Positions 1 through 11,800 of a DNA stretch of 64,000 nt are shown one piece after another. The stretch comes from Basidiobolus meristosporus CBS 931.73. Its lineage: Eukaryota; Fungi; Basidiobolomycota. The stretch is from NCBI GenBank assembly GCA_002104905.1, contig MCFE01000093.1, positions 111,282 through 175,281 of the forward strand, given 5' to 3'. Both the position numbers and the translations under genes were made by a program. Each line of letters begins with the position of its first letter. Positions within the stretch are counted from its first letter, which is position 1. The notes below the pieces were generated by a model. It worked only from the letters and a program-made list of their open reading frames with translations, was not told the DNA's origin and made no database searches.

Positions 1-259
1 ATATGTATACAACTTCATATTGCTTATTTATTTTATACATTGGTTCGTCTAATGAGAAATGGAAGTTCGGAAATTTACAGTTATTTAAGCAAAGGTTCTT
101 GCACTGCGCATCAGAAAGTAGGATGGAATATGTACATTTGTGATCCAATGAAATCATTGACAAGTCTGCCAACTCGCCAGCCCCTACTGCAGCGGTGGTG
201 CTTAGAATAGCCGACGTGGAACATCCAGTGTTGGAATGTCCGATATCAAGTGGTGGTGT

Positions 260-966
260 TTAGAATGCCCGACGTCGAATGTCAACCCAAATAAATATAG
301 TGGCCATGGCCCATAATGCCAACTGCGTCATAGCTAGGTCAAACGATCTCCTGAAAGTACAGTACAACTCTGCACCATGGTTGTTGAATAGCCAGCCAGA
401 GTACGAGGAGTATTGATGTCTCCGGTGTTTAGCATGATCCAGTTCATGGTAATCGCACACCACGTTAGAAACAACGCCAAGTGAATGACCAGATGGAGCA
501 CCTTGCGGCTTCGTTTCTTGATAACATGGTGAACTAGTGGAGAGCCTTCACTTGCTTCAGGATCCACCGCAGCACCAGCAGAATTGGCTGCACCAGTAGG
601 ATGGCAATGGCTCATGCGCCCACGCACCCAGCTGAGGATGTACAGAAAGGTAACAATCCATGAAATGATTCCACAAGCTATGGTAAGCGTTGTGAATTCA
701 CTGGAGCTGCAGGTGCGCGTAAACTGAACAAAAAAGTCAAGTAAGAGACTTGTCACAACCAATATGGCTAGTCGGATAAGAAGCAAGGGCCATCGGTGGG
801 TCCAGCTGCGTTTACGATCTAATTCAGGTGATATATGCTCTGGCGAAACAAATGACACATATCTGGGTCGCTTTGGACGATGAGGGAGCGACACAAGGCG
901 GGGTTTTTCACTTACGTTACTTGTAGAGGAGTGCGATGACAAGAATGTAGAAGAAGAGTCCATCAT
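260..966 (-). CDS. Hypothetical multi-pass membrane protein (C-terminus needs a short intron or frameshift near 345-405)
   Basis: The ORF from the ATG at 966 has several hydrophobic segments (LLLIRLAILVVTSLLL, IACGIISWIVTFLYILSW, LVIHLALFLTWCAIT). A second frame supplies a further TM-like tail (LALWAMATIFIW) ending at TAA 260. Confidence 0.5.
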
Positions 967-1596
967 GCTAACTCTGCTCAAAGCGGTTGGATGTAGAAGA
1001 ATTTAGGAATGAACTATGGATAGCTATTAGTGACAAATGTACATGCATGTAACAATGTATATGAAAGGAGTTTAACAAAGAGAATATTCAACAGGGAAAT
1101 GATTAATTTTAAGAGAACAGCGGTCACAAGGAGTGGATGAACAGGAAAGAGGAAGAGCCGAAGAGGACTGTTGCATTGAACCACCGGATGTGGCCGGGGA
1201 ATTTATACCCAGAGCCTCATTACGGAACATTAAAGTAATGGATATTTATTGGCTGCATCCTCGCTAACTTTATTATGTAAGTTGAATCACAAGACAGCAG
1301 CAATGTTTTTGAACAAGGCTCACGTGTGGCTTTCTCTCTAGCAAGGCGGTTTGATAGCCAATTACCAGATTAGTGGAGGCATGACCCACTGCGTAATGAT
1401 CTGGTTATTACCGGCTTATTATGGATTTTTATTATTTCCATGCACTCGACCAACACTGGCAATATATTGTGTGACATAGGTCTTGTTGCTGACTTTCCGT
1501 ATTCATCCTCCTGGTGTCACATTTACTAATGAGCCATCAAAAGAATCGTTCGCTGTATTGCATGCAAGCAAATCGTGAACAAGGAATGGCACAGAC

Positions 1597-1644
1597 ACCA
1601 TATATACGACCATATATACGACCATATATACGACCATATATACG
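1597..1644. repeat. 12-bp tandem repeat (ACCATATATACG)x4
   Basis: Four perfect copies read directly. Confidence 0.95.
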
Positions 1645-2237
1645 CCGTATCCAGAGCCGCCCTTGATTTGATTGAAGTGGTAATCATATGATAACATCAG
1701 AACGAATTGGAAATCTGACCATGTTCACCCTCGAATTTCCTAGCATTCCAGGCAGCAACTCCGTTTACTAGCATTCCAGCCTCTCATCCACCTACTCGTC
1801 TCCACTTAGATCTTCCCTTTGTTGCTCAACTATGTCCAGGAAATCTCGTCTTGAGAAGCCTGCAGGTTTGCTATCGCCACCCAAAGCCTTTGATTCCTCC
1901 AAGTATCATCCAGCATTTGCGGTGGCATTGGCCCCAATCCGATGCCAGCATGCACAATGTCGTTCAACTGATCCAGCCGTACGGTCGCCCATATGGGACG
2001 GGTATTGCCAGTTCTCAAGCAACCGAAATAAATTATAACTTTTGTAAACTACCGCCGTTTGCACTAGGTGTTCACTGTGGGTTATGAGTCGGCTTTGATG
2101 TATCATAAATTAGATGTATTATAACTCGAGTGTATGGGTGAAATCATGACGTGTATATGCAGCTGTTGATACATTTGGTCTCAGTAAATACAAAATCCTG
2201 CATTTCCATATTTTTACCCTTTGAACCACTCCATCTC

Positions 2238-2759
2238 ATGGGAAACTTGCTTTCTTCCCAAAGGTCGCCGGAAGAGGACGTTGAGCGCTATCGCAAAGAG
2301 GCCGATAGGTATGCTAAGCTGCGGAATGAGTGCTTTTCGAAATCCCAAGCGCTATACAGAAGCGGGGATAAAAAGGGGGCTAAGGAGGAATCGGAAAAAG
2401 GAAAAGAATACGGTAAAAAGATGGAAGCGGCCAACCAGCAGGCGGCCGAGGTTATGTTCCAGATGAAGAATAGCTCTTTGCCGCAGGACAAACTAGATCT
2501 ACACGGACTTTATGTTAAGGAAGCCTTAGCAAAAGTGGAAGAGCGGGTGAAACGATGCAAGCGTGAAAAACATCATGATAGCCTAACTATCATAGTAGGG
2601 CTGGGAAACCATTCCACCGATGGAGTCCAAAAACTAAGGCCTGCGGTGGAAGCCTGGTTAAAACAGCAAAATCTCAACTACACCGTTGACCAGCCTAACC
2701 GAGGATGCTTGTTGGTTGACCTTAAGAGCAACCAAAAGTCAAGCTGCATTATTTGCTGA
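2238..2759 (+). CDS. Small Smr-domain (DUF1771+Smr) endonuclease-like protein with N-terminal MGxxxS and C-terminal CaaX
   Basis: It has the DUF1771-like helix (RNECFSKSQALYRSGDKKGAKEES), the Smr motifs LDLHGLYVKEA and IIVGLGNHS...KLRPAV, and NRGCLLV. The protein starts MGNLLS and ends CIIC. Confidence 0.88.
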   Translation: MGNLLSSQRSPEEDVERYRKEADRYAKLRNECFSKSQALYRSGDKKGAKEESEKGKEYGKKMEAANQQAAEVMFQMKNSSLPQDKLDLHGLYVKEALAKVEERVKRCKREKHHDSLTIIVGLGNHSTDGVQKLRPAVEAWLKQQNLNYTVDQPNRGCLLVDLKSNQKSSCIIC

Positions 2760-3125
2760 ATGATTGATCCATGAGAAAAATAGATGAGCGCTGACCAACA
2801 GCCATAGATTACTTATTCACTCAAATAACTCATTTCGATATAAAGATAATCCAAAGCATTGCTGGAGACTTGCGCTTAATCAAGATGTAGCTAACTGTAT
2901 CTAGAGAATTAGACCAAATTACTCACGTGGGTCACGCTTCCAAGTTCCGAAGTTCCGATAGGCCCATGCCGGCAATGAAGCAAGATGAATGGATATATCA
3001 TCAATTCCCTCAACAGTATCGGCTGTCCAGTAGACAGTTAAGGAAACTCCTTGATATTGGTGCATGTTGATCGGTGGAAGCGGAGGTAGTAATAATAAGG
3101 GACCTCATCCCTAGATCAAATCCGG

Positions 3126-3803
3126 TTGATAGTCGGTATTAGTTCCTATTGGAGTGTCCCATACGTGATGAGGCAAAGAACCTTAATTCCTAGCTTTGAG
3201 TATCTATATAAGAAGGGCACTGGAGGATATACACCGTACATCATGGTAGCCAGTCAAGTAGAACACGGAGTTGACAACAGCAAGAACACTTCATTGCTGA
3301 AGAACCGAGAGTCTTTGGACTTGATTAGAGTACTACGGACCGATGCCGAATATAGCGAAGAAGAGCTCGTTCCTGCAGAGGCTCCAGAAACCTTTAGACA
3401 CACAGATGCCTTGGTTTGGCATACACTTCGCGGCGAAGGGAAAATCGACTTGGATCCTCTGATATTTCGCTCCACTGACGGTCAAAAGGTAGTCATGATT
3501 GTGCACCTCGGGCCCAAACTATGTGGCCATAAAGGTATTATTCATGGCGGTATGATTGCTTCATTATTGGATGAAGCCTTGGGTAGAACTATCATTCCGA
3601 ATCTGCCTGGAAGCATCGGATTCACTGCGAATTTCTCCATCAACTACCGACGCCCTACCTTTGCCGATAACTTCGTCGTGGTCAGAACAGAAGTGACCAA
3701 GATTGAGGGAAGAAAAGGATTCGTTAAGGGCCAGATAGAAGATGTGCAAGGCAACATCTTGGCGGATTCGGAGGCACTGTTCATCGCTCCCAAAACCAGC
3801 TAA
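3126..3803 (+). CDS. Hotdog-fold acyl-CoA thioesterase (PaaI/THEM4-like); true start uncertain
   Basis: Motifs LCGHKGIIHGGMIASLLDEALG and FTANFSINYRRPT. The ORF track starts at a TTG, so the 5' exon(s) are unresolved. Confidence 0.85.
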   Translation: MIVGISSYWSVPYVMRQRTLIPSFEYLYKKGTGGYTPYIMVASQVEHGVDNSKNTSLLKNRESLDLIRVLRTDAEYSEEELVPAEAPETFRHTDALVWHTLRGEGKIDLDPLIFRSTDGQKVVMIVHLGPKLCGHKGIIHGGMIASLLDEALGRTIIPNLPGSIGFTANFSINYRRPTFADNFVVVRTEVTKIEGRKGFVKGQIEDVQGNILADSEALFIAPKTS

Positions 3804-3976
3804 TCTTTTTGTTCATGCCATCTAGCATCTCGTGTAAATTTCAACCCTTTGAATAATCTACAAATAAATCCCGAATAAATCCCGAATAAATCCCATTTCT
3901 GCAACCTACCTTTATTTGACCAATCCAGTGAAATAATTCCCTTTTTTTCAACTAGGGTCCCCTACAATTTAGTGTT

Positions 3977-3983
3977 TATATAA
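3977..3983 (+). promoter_or_regulatory. TATA box of the snoRNA host gene
   Basis: TATATAA lies about 45 bp before the first exon/intron of the host transcript. Confidence 0.55.
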
Positions 3984-4082
3984 GAAGTGACAATCCCCTA
4001 TATTCATACCTTACCTTTTATCAGTCATGGGCCGATTCTAATATGTAAGTAACCCATCCTACAGATGCTTATTTTTTTCACA

Positions 4083-4157
4083 ATGATGATTTGTCCAGTC
4101 TCGTTCGTATGAACCAATTCTGTGATTATTACATACAAAACATGCATCACCATCTGA
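4083..4157 (+). ncRNA. snR55: Box C/D snoRNA copy 1 (snR55/U33-like guide for 18S rRNA, plus a second D' guide)
   Basis: It has C box ATGATGA and D box CTGA. The guide CATGCATCACCAT pairs with conserved 18S GUGGUGGUGCAUG, and the D+5 rule gives the U equivalent to yeast Um1269. GTCTCGTTCGT before D' (ATGA) pairs with 18S ACGAACGAGAC. Confidence 0.85.
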
Positions 4158-4294
4158 GCCTTCTTACCAGTGACTAGAATATTTTCTTTCAGCACAACCG
4201 CTAATTTTCTCTTTTTATTCTAGTTGGTATCGGCTGCATAGTAACAATGATAAGGTAATTATTTTTTCTTTACTCAAAGTTTTGCAACTTCCAC

Positions 4295-4368
4295 ATGATG
4301 ATTTGTCCAGTCTCGTTCGTATGAACCAATTCTGTGATTATTACATACAAACATGCATCACCATCTGA
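4295..4368 (+). ncRNA. snR55: Box C/D snoRNA copy 2
   Basis: Near-identical to copy 1, located inside intron 2. Confidence 0.85.
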
Positions 4369-4530
4369 CATTCCCATTTCCTTCTGGAATAATTGTGTAT
4401 TAAGACCACTAGCTAATCCATCTCTTTAGATTGTAGATCTCAAGTGATATCGTTCGTAACCATCCACGAATCGTATATATGCATATATGGTATGTATTCT
4501 TCTCTATCGCAGCAGTGTTAGTCCAATTAC

Positions 4531-4604
4531 ATGATGATTTGTCCAGTCTCGTTCGTATGAACCAATTCTATGATTATTACATACAAACATGCATCACCAT
4601 CTGA
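4531..4604 (+). ncRNA. snR55: Box C/D snoRNA copy 3
   Basis: Near-identical to copies 1 and 2 (C'-like box reads ATGATTA), located inside intron 3. Confidence 0.85.
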
Positions 4605-4907
4605 CACCTTTCACTTGCTTGCTTTCTGATGACTTCTCCAAGTACAAAACTAATACTTACTTACAGGTTGCCGAACAATGGTGTGATAAAATTTTGTAAA
4701 TAAACATGTAAATAAGCAAAACTTGAACTTGATTTAAAATTATTTGTTTGGCAGTGGAATGTTTATTATGATTGGCAGGGGTGATTCAATTGGATGAAAC
4801 TGACATGCCCGTCGAGTGGCATTGCAAGTAGTATTTGTTACTGAGTATCTCTGTCCAGTGTCCTGGCACACCTTCCTTGGAGCAACGAACTAGAAGTTTA
4901 TTACTAC

Positions 4908-6695
4908 ATGGAGTTTACAGATTTCTTTAAATTGTCAGGATTTTGTAAATATTCTCCGGATGGTGAATTCATTGCTGCTATCTTCGAAAAGCGCTTAGTT
5001 ATCCGGAGCATTCATACGCTGAAGATCACCCGTATGCACCATCTGGATAAGCCCATTAATGTGCTTGAGTGGTCCAATGATTCAAGATTGATTATGTGCG
5101 CCTCGTATAAACACGGAACGGTAGACATCTTTGATGTTGATGATAGAGACTGGCACGGGCAGATCAGCGAGGGTGATGCTGGTTTGACTTCAGCAAGATG
5201 GACTTTCGACGGTAGACATGTCATGACTGTGAGTGAATTTCAGGTAGGACAAAGAGAAACTTCAGGTAAAAGCCGTAAAGAGCTCATTCGAAACTTTCTT
5301 AGATGAGGTTGACCATTTGGTCATTGACGGGTGACTCACACATGTCCATTCAGTACCCCAAGTTCTCGGATAGAGGTAAACTCGTCCACCAGCTATTCTT
5401 CGCGTCTCCTATTAATGTCGGGCTATTCTTAGGGGTGGCGTTTCAAAAAGATGGCCGCTACGTGGCTATCGTAGAAAAGCGCGATAGCAAAGATATTATC
5501 AGCATATACGATTGCAGTTCTTGGGCAGTTTGTAAGGTTGGATTAGGATGCCACTTTGACTCTAGATTCAATTGATCTCACCGTTTCCAAAAGCGCATTC
5601 AGCCAGAAACGATCGACCTGGAGAATCTCGAGTGGTCGCCCAACGGCCATTACTTGGCTGTCTGGGACACGCCTTTGAATGTTGGTAATTTCAGCTCCAA
5701 TCCTTCCGATCGTTACTAGTCACTAACAGGCCCAACAAAGTACAAATTACTGATCTACACTGCCGACGGAGTGCTGCAGCGATCGTACTCAGCTTATGAC
5801 CATGCCTTGGGCATAAAATCTGTTCAATGGTCGCCCTCGAGCCAGTTTCTAGCCATCGGAAGCTATGACCAGCAGGTAAGTGTTTACGACAAGAACTCCA
5901 TTTAACGAGAGGCTAACGAGACAGGGCTCAGGTGCGCTTTTTGAATCACTATACGTGGAGTCCACTGATAGAATTTACATGCGATGACCTACCGAACGAT
6001 CCCTCAATGGTAAAGTTTACCCTGGTAAGCACGCCCAACTTATGCCTAACGGTGACTAATCCTCCGTAGCCTATCTATTGCCAAAACTTTGTGGAGGAAT
6101 CCAAAGGAAACGTTACAATTCATTGTAAGTAAATGAATCAAGCATGTTCCGCCCGACACCCCGGCTAACCCTCAGTATAGACGCTCCTGTTTACCCTCCA
6201 GCAATGATTCCCGCTGTCAAGCCAGAGGCCGGAAAACCATCACCTAAATTGGGGGTTGGCATGATCAAATTCAATCCTCATGGCCGTTTGGTAGCCGTCA
6301 TCAATGGTAGCCATCAATGCGCTCAATCATGAGATCTCTGTTCTTACAACCAACTTTACCATTTAGAATGTATTCCTACTTGCTTATGGCTGATGGACAT
6401 CCCCAACGTACGCCAGATTTGCGCCATCCAGCAGGCATACCCCATACGAGCCGTTCAGTGGAATCCCATCAATCCGGAGCAGGTGGCTTTCGTTTGTGGT
6501 GGAAATCACATCTATTTGTGGACCGAAAAAACTGGCTGTGAATCTTTCGAAGTCACCGCTGATAACTTTGAGGCTGTTGGCTTAGAATGGAGCCCAGATG
6601 GACACTCTTTGGTCATTAAAGGCAAGGAGCTCTTTTGTGTTGCATTTCCTGTTCACAAAACCAGGGCCAATCCTTCAACGAATAATGGCTTGTAG
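4908..6695 (+). CDS. WRAP73: WD40-repeat protein WRAP73/WDR8 (multi-exon)
   Basis: It begins [15 protein letters not shown] and contains RLTIWSL...[52 protein letters not shown] and P KLGVG. These motifs are characteristic of WDR8. Confidence 0.85.
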
Positions 6696-7046
6696 ATTAC
6701 TGTATGTATGATTGGTATTTTGTACACGCAGTTAGTTTGTGTGTACGCCTAAATATTTACATCAACCTGCTCACTTAGATCTTAGTCTATGACCAAAACT
6801 TTTAGCAGTAGATTCTTGAAATAGTTTCCACCAAAGTTTTTCCACAATTGGTATATGATTTCCTGCATCTTCAGTTGGTATTTTGATCAATCAATTCCAT
6901 CAACAATAGACAATTAAATGACGACTGAATCGGCGTGCACATTCACCCAAATCGACCATGCAAAAAAATCCTTCCATTTCCTAGATAGCCTCTTGGGCCA
7001 AACTTGCTTTTCGCAAGCGTACTATATATTTGTATAAATCTTCCCC

Positions 7047-7794
7047 ATGTCTTCATCGGTAAGTTGGGTTATAAGAGTCTTTTTCAGTAGCCGAGAGTTT
7101 TGGACATAGATTGATTGTACTACATCAATTGATTTGCTTTGATTGTTACGAACCGTCCTAATTGACATGGCCCTCTAGGATATCAAAGCGCTTGTAGATG
7201 TATCAGCTAAAGGCGCTGAGCAATTCGTAGATCTGTATTATAAACTATATGATGATCAAAGACACGTAGGTACCTCTGGTCTCTTTCGCGAACTTCGTGA
7301 TTGTTGAGACAATTCCGCTCTCGATAAAACATCGACTAATCACCTCCCGGGCCTCAAGCTACTAGGAAAATTTTATCGGGATAATTCTGCTATTGTGTGG
7401 AATGGTTCGTATCAGCATAATTCAATGGAATCGATGTGGGATTTGGCATTAACGTAGCGACCATCCATTAGGAAATGCATACTCCGGAATTACCCCCTTC
7501 GCGGATTTCTATCAAAAGCTGCCCTCTACTGTTCATGATATACAGGCTTTTGATTGCCACCCCTTACCTTGTAAGTATAACTGTTTGACTTCAGTAGTGA
7601 TATCACGCTCTAACCGCGCCTTAGTTACTGGACCTGCCGATGGCCCATTTAGTATCCTGGTGAATGTCACCGGGTCCGTGAAATATGGAAAAGAGATTGT
7701 CGCGCGTCTGTTTTCGCAGAATTTCGTGTTGACACCAGATCCTGCTAAGCTCGGTAACTTCTACGTTGGCAGTGACTGTTTCCGCTTCGTCTGA
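7047..7794 (+). CDS. NXT1: NTF2-related export protein NXT1/p15 (multi-exon)
   Basis: Spliced reading: MSSS|DIKALVDVSAKGAEQFVDLYYKLYDDQRH|..FYRDNSAIVWNG|NA..LPSTVHDIQAFDCHP|..ILVNVTGSVKYG..FSQNFVLTP..SDCFRFV*. Confidence 0.85.
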
Positions 7795-8823
7795 ATCATA
7801 GAGCTATAACATAGCACCCAGTAGAAATGTAAACCATATCAAGAGCCTCACGACCTTCAGATAATTCATTAAAGACCGAGATGACTTAAATAAATCGCGA
7901 CGATTAGAAGTCCCAAAAGATGGTTTCAGCTGAAGCTTCTAATTCCTTTTTTTGTAAACTTGTATCAGCATATAGCATTCACACATTGTATCAATTTCCT
8001 TTTATACTGCGACGTGTGCTGTCAAGGGAAGATACTTTTATTGCGCTGAAGTTGTGTCTTCCATCAATACAAAGTTCAAGCAGCTCCTACAAAGGGAATC
8101 CGATGAATATTCGGCAATAAAGGGAATCATCATGGCTTAAATTCACCAAGACGTATGCTGCAGTATTTCAAAAAAGAACCTATTTCAATTTTTACTTTGG
8201 ATAGTTATCATTTCTTGCTTTTTTAGGCCCACATTGATAAAATAGATAAATTTTCACCTTTTAATATCTCGTTTTTTCAGGGAGAGTCAACAGTTGTACT
8301 CAACCGTGAAAAGATTTAGGGAAGACAAGTGGAAAGATACAGCCAAAGTGGCGTTGATCATCTACAGCATATACTAAGGTACTGTTGTCGACCATCAACC
8401 CAGTTAGATCTAGTATTGCACTTGGGAGATGGTGTTCATCTATGGGACTGATTGCTTATGCTATTCACTGTCATAGGGATATATCAAGAAGCACTCCCCT
8501 TCGCATCGTTTGTACTATACCGGAGCATCGACCAAGAAGCTAGAACTAGTAAGCACACACCGTAGCCAATTTATCAACTACAGTTCAGGAGGCTGACTTT
8601 TGCTGTAAAAGATACGGACATAATCTTTTCGGAGGAAGCTTCTTTGCATTTTCTGACACGTGCCGACATTATCCTTATTACGCACTTATATCTCATAAAA
8701 ACGACCAGCGTACGTGGATATCTCTTCCAGTAACTTCCATACTTCAAAAAGCTCACCTATTCCACGTGATTTAAAAGCTTCGTGGATATTGTCAACCTCA
8801 TATTCCAATTGAAAGACCAGAAT

Positions 8824-11800
8824 ATGGAGAGTCAGGTTGCGAATATGGTCGGAGAAGATGTCACTCTAGACAACAAAACTGATAGAATGGAAACCGAAGT
8901 GCCCTCCGAGGTAGCAAATCCATCCAGTGCATCATTGCATCAAAACGGAGATCAACAAGCCAACAAAATATCCGAAGATATATTTGATGCGCCTTCGCCA
9001 TTGTCTGAACATGAAATCTCTTTCAATGGCAAATCGGAAAACGAGGAAAGCGACGCCAGTACAAGCAGCGACAGCGAGAGCGATAGTGGTTTTGTAGCAA
9101 TGAAGCAGCCTCGTATTAAAGCATTCCCATTGAGATCCGAGGCTTCGATTTCATCTGCGTCAGGAAACCCTTTTGCCAGGTAGATACCAAAAGGCCACTT
9201 ATTAAGACACAGCGTGAGTCTGAAATACCATTTTTCGTTAGTCAAGAGGAGATCGATGCCGCCCTAGAGATGGAAGTATCAGATATGGTTAGTGTTACGA
9301 GCACCAGTCCTCGTGTGGAAAAACTCTCAGCCGTCTGTGATTATGCCAGTTTGCTTACTTCACAATCTTAAACTGAACAGGGTCCTTCCGAAGCATCGGA
9401 TGCTGAATCAGAGAGCGATCTCTCAGATTTGTATAGTGATGACGATGGGTCTTCGAAGAACAAAAGCAAACACAGAAAAACGAAGCTTGGCCCTAAAGTC
9501 AAGTATAAACCAAACTGGGCCGTTCCATATGATCCAGTAGTGATCCCAATGGGCGAAAGGGTAAACCACTCTCTCCTGATCACATTAATATCATTACTTA
9601 TCGGTTGAGGGCTTTAGACGGTCGAGAAATTGCTTGCTCATAGACACAGCGCTCAAGATCCATCCAAGGAAGAACTGCTGGTCAAATATAAGGTAATCTA
9701 GGTCATACTGTCCAGTGAAAAAACACGCTAACTCTAGGATTATAGAACATGAGCTATTTCCATGCTGAATGGGTTCCCAGAGAACGAGTTGAACAAGAGC
9801 ATCTAGGCAAGAATCGGATCAAGAGATTCTTAGATAAACAAGGCTGGGATACTCAATGGGGCGAGGATCAGGCCTTCAACCCATCTTTCTTGAAGATTGA
9901 TCGAATCATCGATGAAGGAGAATTATCGATGGAAAACACCGATGAGGAGAGTATTTATTTTTTGGTGAAGTGGTGTGGATCTCCCTATGACCAGTCCACC
10001 TGGGAAAAAAAGGAAGATGTGATGAAGATGGACCCGCAAAAAATCGAAGAGTTCCACCAGCGCCGGGTGCTTTCTGAGTCTAGACCCGAGAAGCCAACAC
10101 CACGTCCTACGAAGAGTAGATTCGACAAGTTGAAGGAGTCTCCGTTATTTAAGCATGGCAACCAGCTTAGACCCTATCAATTGGAAGGACTCAACTGGCT
10201 GCTGTTTTGTTGGTTCAATCAACAATCATGTATAATGGCCGATGAGATGGGTCTTGGGAAGACCGTGCAGTCAGTATCTTTTCTCTACGAAGTGTTCCGG
10301 ACTTATAACGTACAAGGTCCCTTCTTAGTGGTAGCCCCATTGTCCACAATTCCTCATTGGGAGCGAGAATTTAAGGGCTGGACAGAAATGAATACCATTG
10401 TATTTCATGGAAGTGTGACCTCACGTAACCTTATTGTCGACTCGGAATTCTACTACAAGGATGCAAATGGCGAGATTGTGCCCAATTTCTACAAGTTTGA
10501 CGTCGTTATTACCACCTACGAGATGATCACCGCTGGATCGGTTCAGCTGCAGCCGATCAAATGGCGAGTAACTGTATTCGATGAGGCGCACCGACTGAAA
10601 AACAAGACCTCGAAAGTGTTAGAAATGCTGAAAACGTACCACCTGGAGCATAGATTATTACTTACTGGGACTCCGCTTCAGAACTCCATGCATGAGCTTT
10701 TTAGCTTGCTTAATTTCTTACAGCCGGACCGTTTCTACGATGAAAAGGCATTCCTGGATAATTACGGCTCGTTGAAAACATCCAGTGAGGTCGATAAGGT
10801 CCAGAAGCTACTTAAACCTCTGATGCTGCGCAGATTCAAAGAGGATGTGGAAAGTAGCATTCCCATGAAGGAAGAGACGGTCATCGAGGTTGAACTAACC
10901 AGCGTACAGAAGAAGTGGTATAGAGCGATCCTTGAGAAGAACTTCACATGGCTGAAAAAGGGATCCAAGGGAAACTCCTATGCGGGACCCTCTCTGATAA
11001 ACGTCATGATGGAGTTGAGAAAATGCTGTATGCATCCTTATTTGATCCAAGGGGCAGAGGAGCGAATCCTAGAGGAGCTCAAAGTCACCACAAGCGAGGA
11101 TCATTTGAAATACATGATCGAAGCATCTGGTAAATTGGTGCTTGTGGACAAGCTGCTTAAAAAACTGAAAGATGGCGGTCACAAAGTGTTAATTTTCTCT
11201 CAGATGACTCGCTGCCTGGATATTTTGGCCGATTATCTTCGTGCTCGAAACTACGGATATGAGAGAATCGATGGTTCGATTCGTGGTGAAATGCGTCAGG
11301 CCGCTATTGATCGGTTCTCCACGACACCCGATTCATTCGTCTTCTTGCTATGTACTCGTGCCGGTGGTGTAGGCATCAATTTAACTGCTGCCGACACATG
11401 TGTCATTTACGATAGTGACTGGAATCCACAGAATGACCTTCAGGCGCAGGCGCGCTGCCACAGAATTGGTCAAACCAAGCCGGTACAAATCTACCGTTTG
11501 ATCACACGTAATACTTACGAGAAAGAGATGTTCGACAGGGCTGGATTTAAACTTGGACTGGATAAAGCGGTTCTACAAAAGATGGATGCCACCTCAGCTA
11601 TGCAAGAGGGTGACGACGCTGATATATCGAATGCATCTTCTTCCCTGAGTAAGAAGGAGGTAGAGGAACTGTTAAAGAAAGGCGCATATGGGGCTTTGTT
11701 GAGTGACGATCATGATAGCGCCAAGTTTTGCGAGGAAGATATCGACCAAATCCTCCAGCGACGTACCACTGTCATCAAGCACGAGGCGAATGAAAAAGGA

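Larger units (their letters stand above)
4010..4700 (+). ncRNA. Spliced non-coding snoRNA host gene with three introns (ends approximate)
   Basis: The introns are 4045-4223 (GTAAGT..CTAAT..TAG), 4255-4429 (GTAATT..GCTAAT..TAG) and 4490-4666 (GTATGT..ACTAAT..CAG). The exons are tiny, and a 4-codon ORF (MGRF*) at 4027-4041 stops before intron 1. Confidence 0.75.

Noticed and set aside
3863-3894. Short tandem repeats (AATAAATCCCG x3, the 12-mer at 1597, small duplications at 43699-43865)
   Set aside because: These are ordinary slippage repeats in intergenic DNA with no associated structure.
7800-8780. Unannotated 1-kb gap between NXT1 and the CHD gene
   Set aside because: It has only short ORFs without motifs and no repeats or RNA signatures; I treated it as intergenic.
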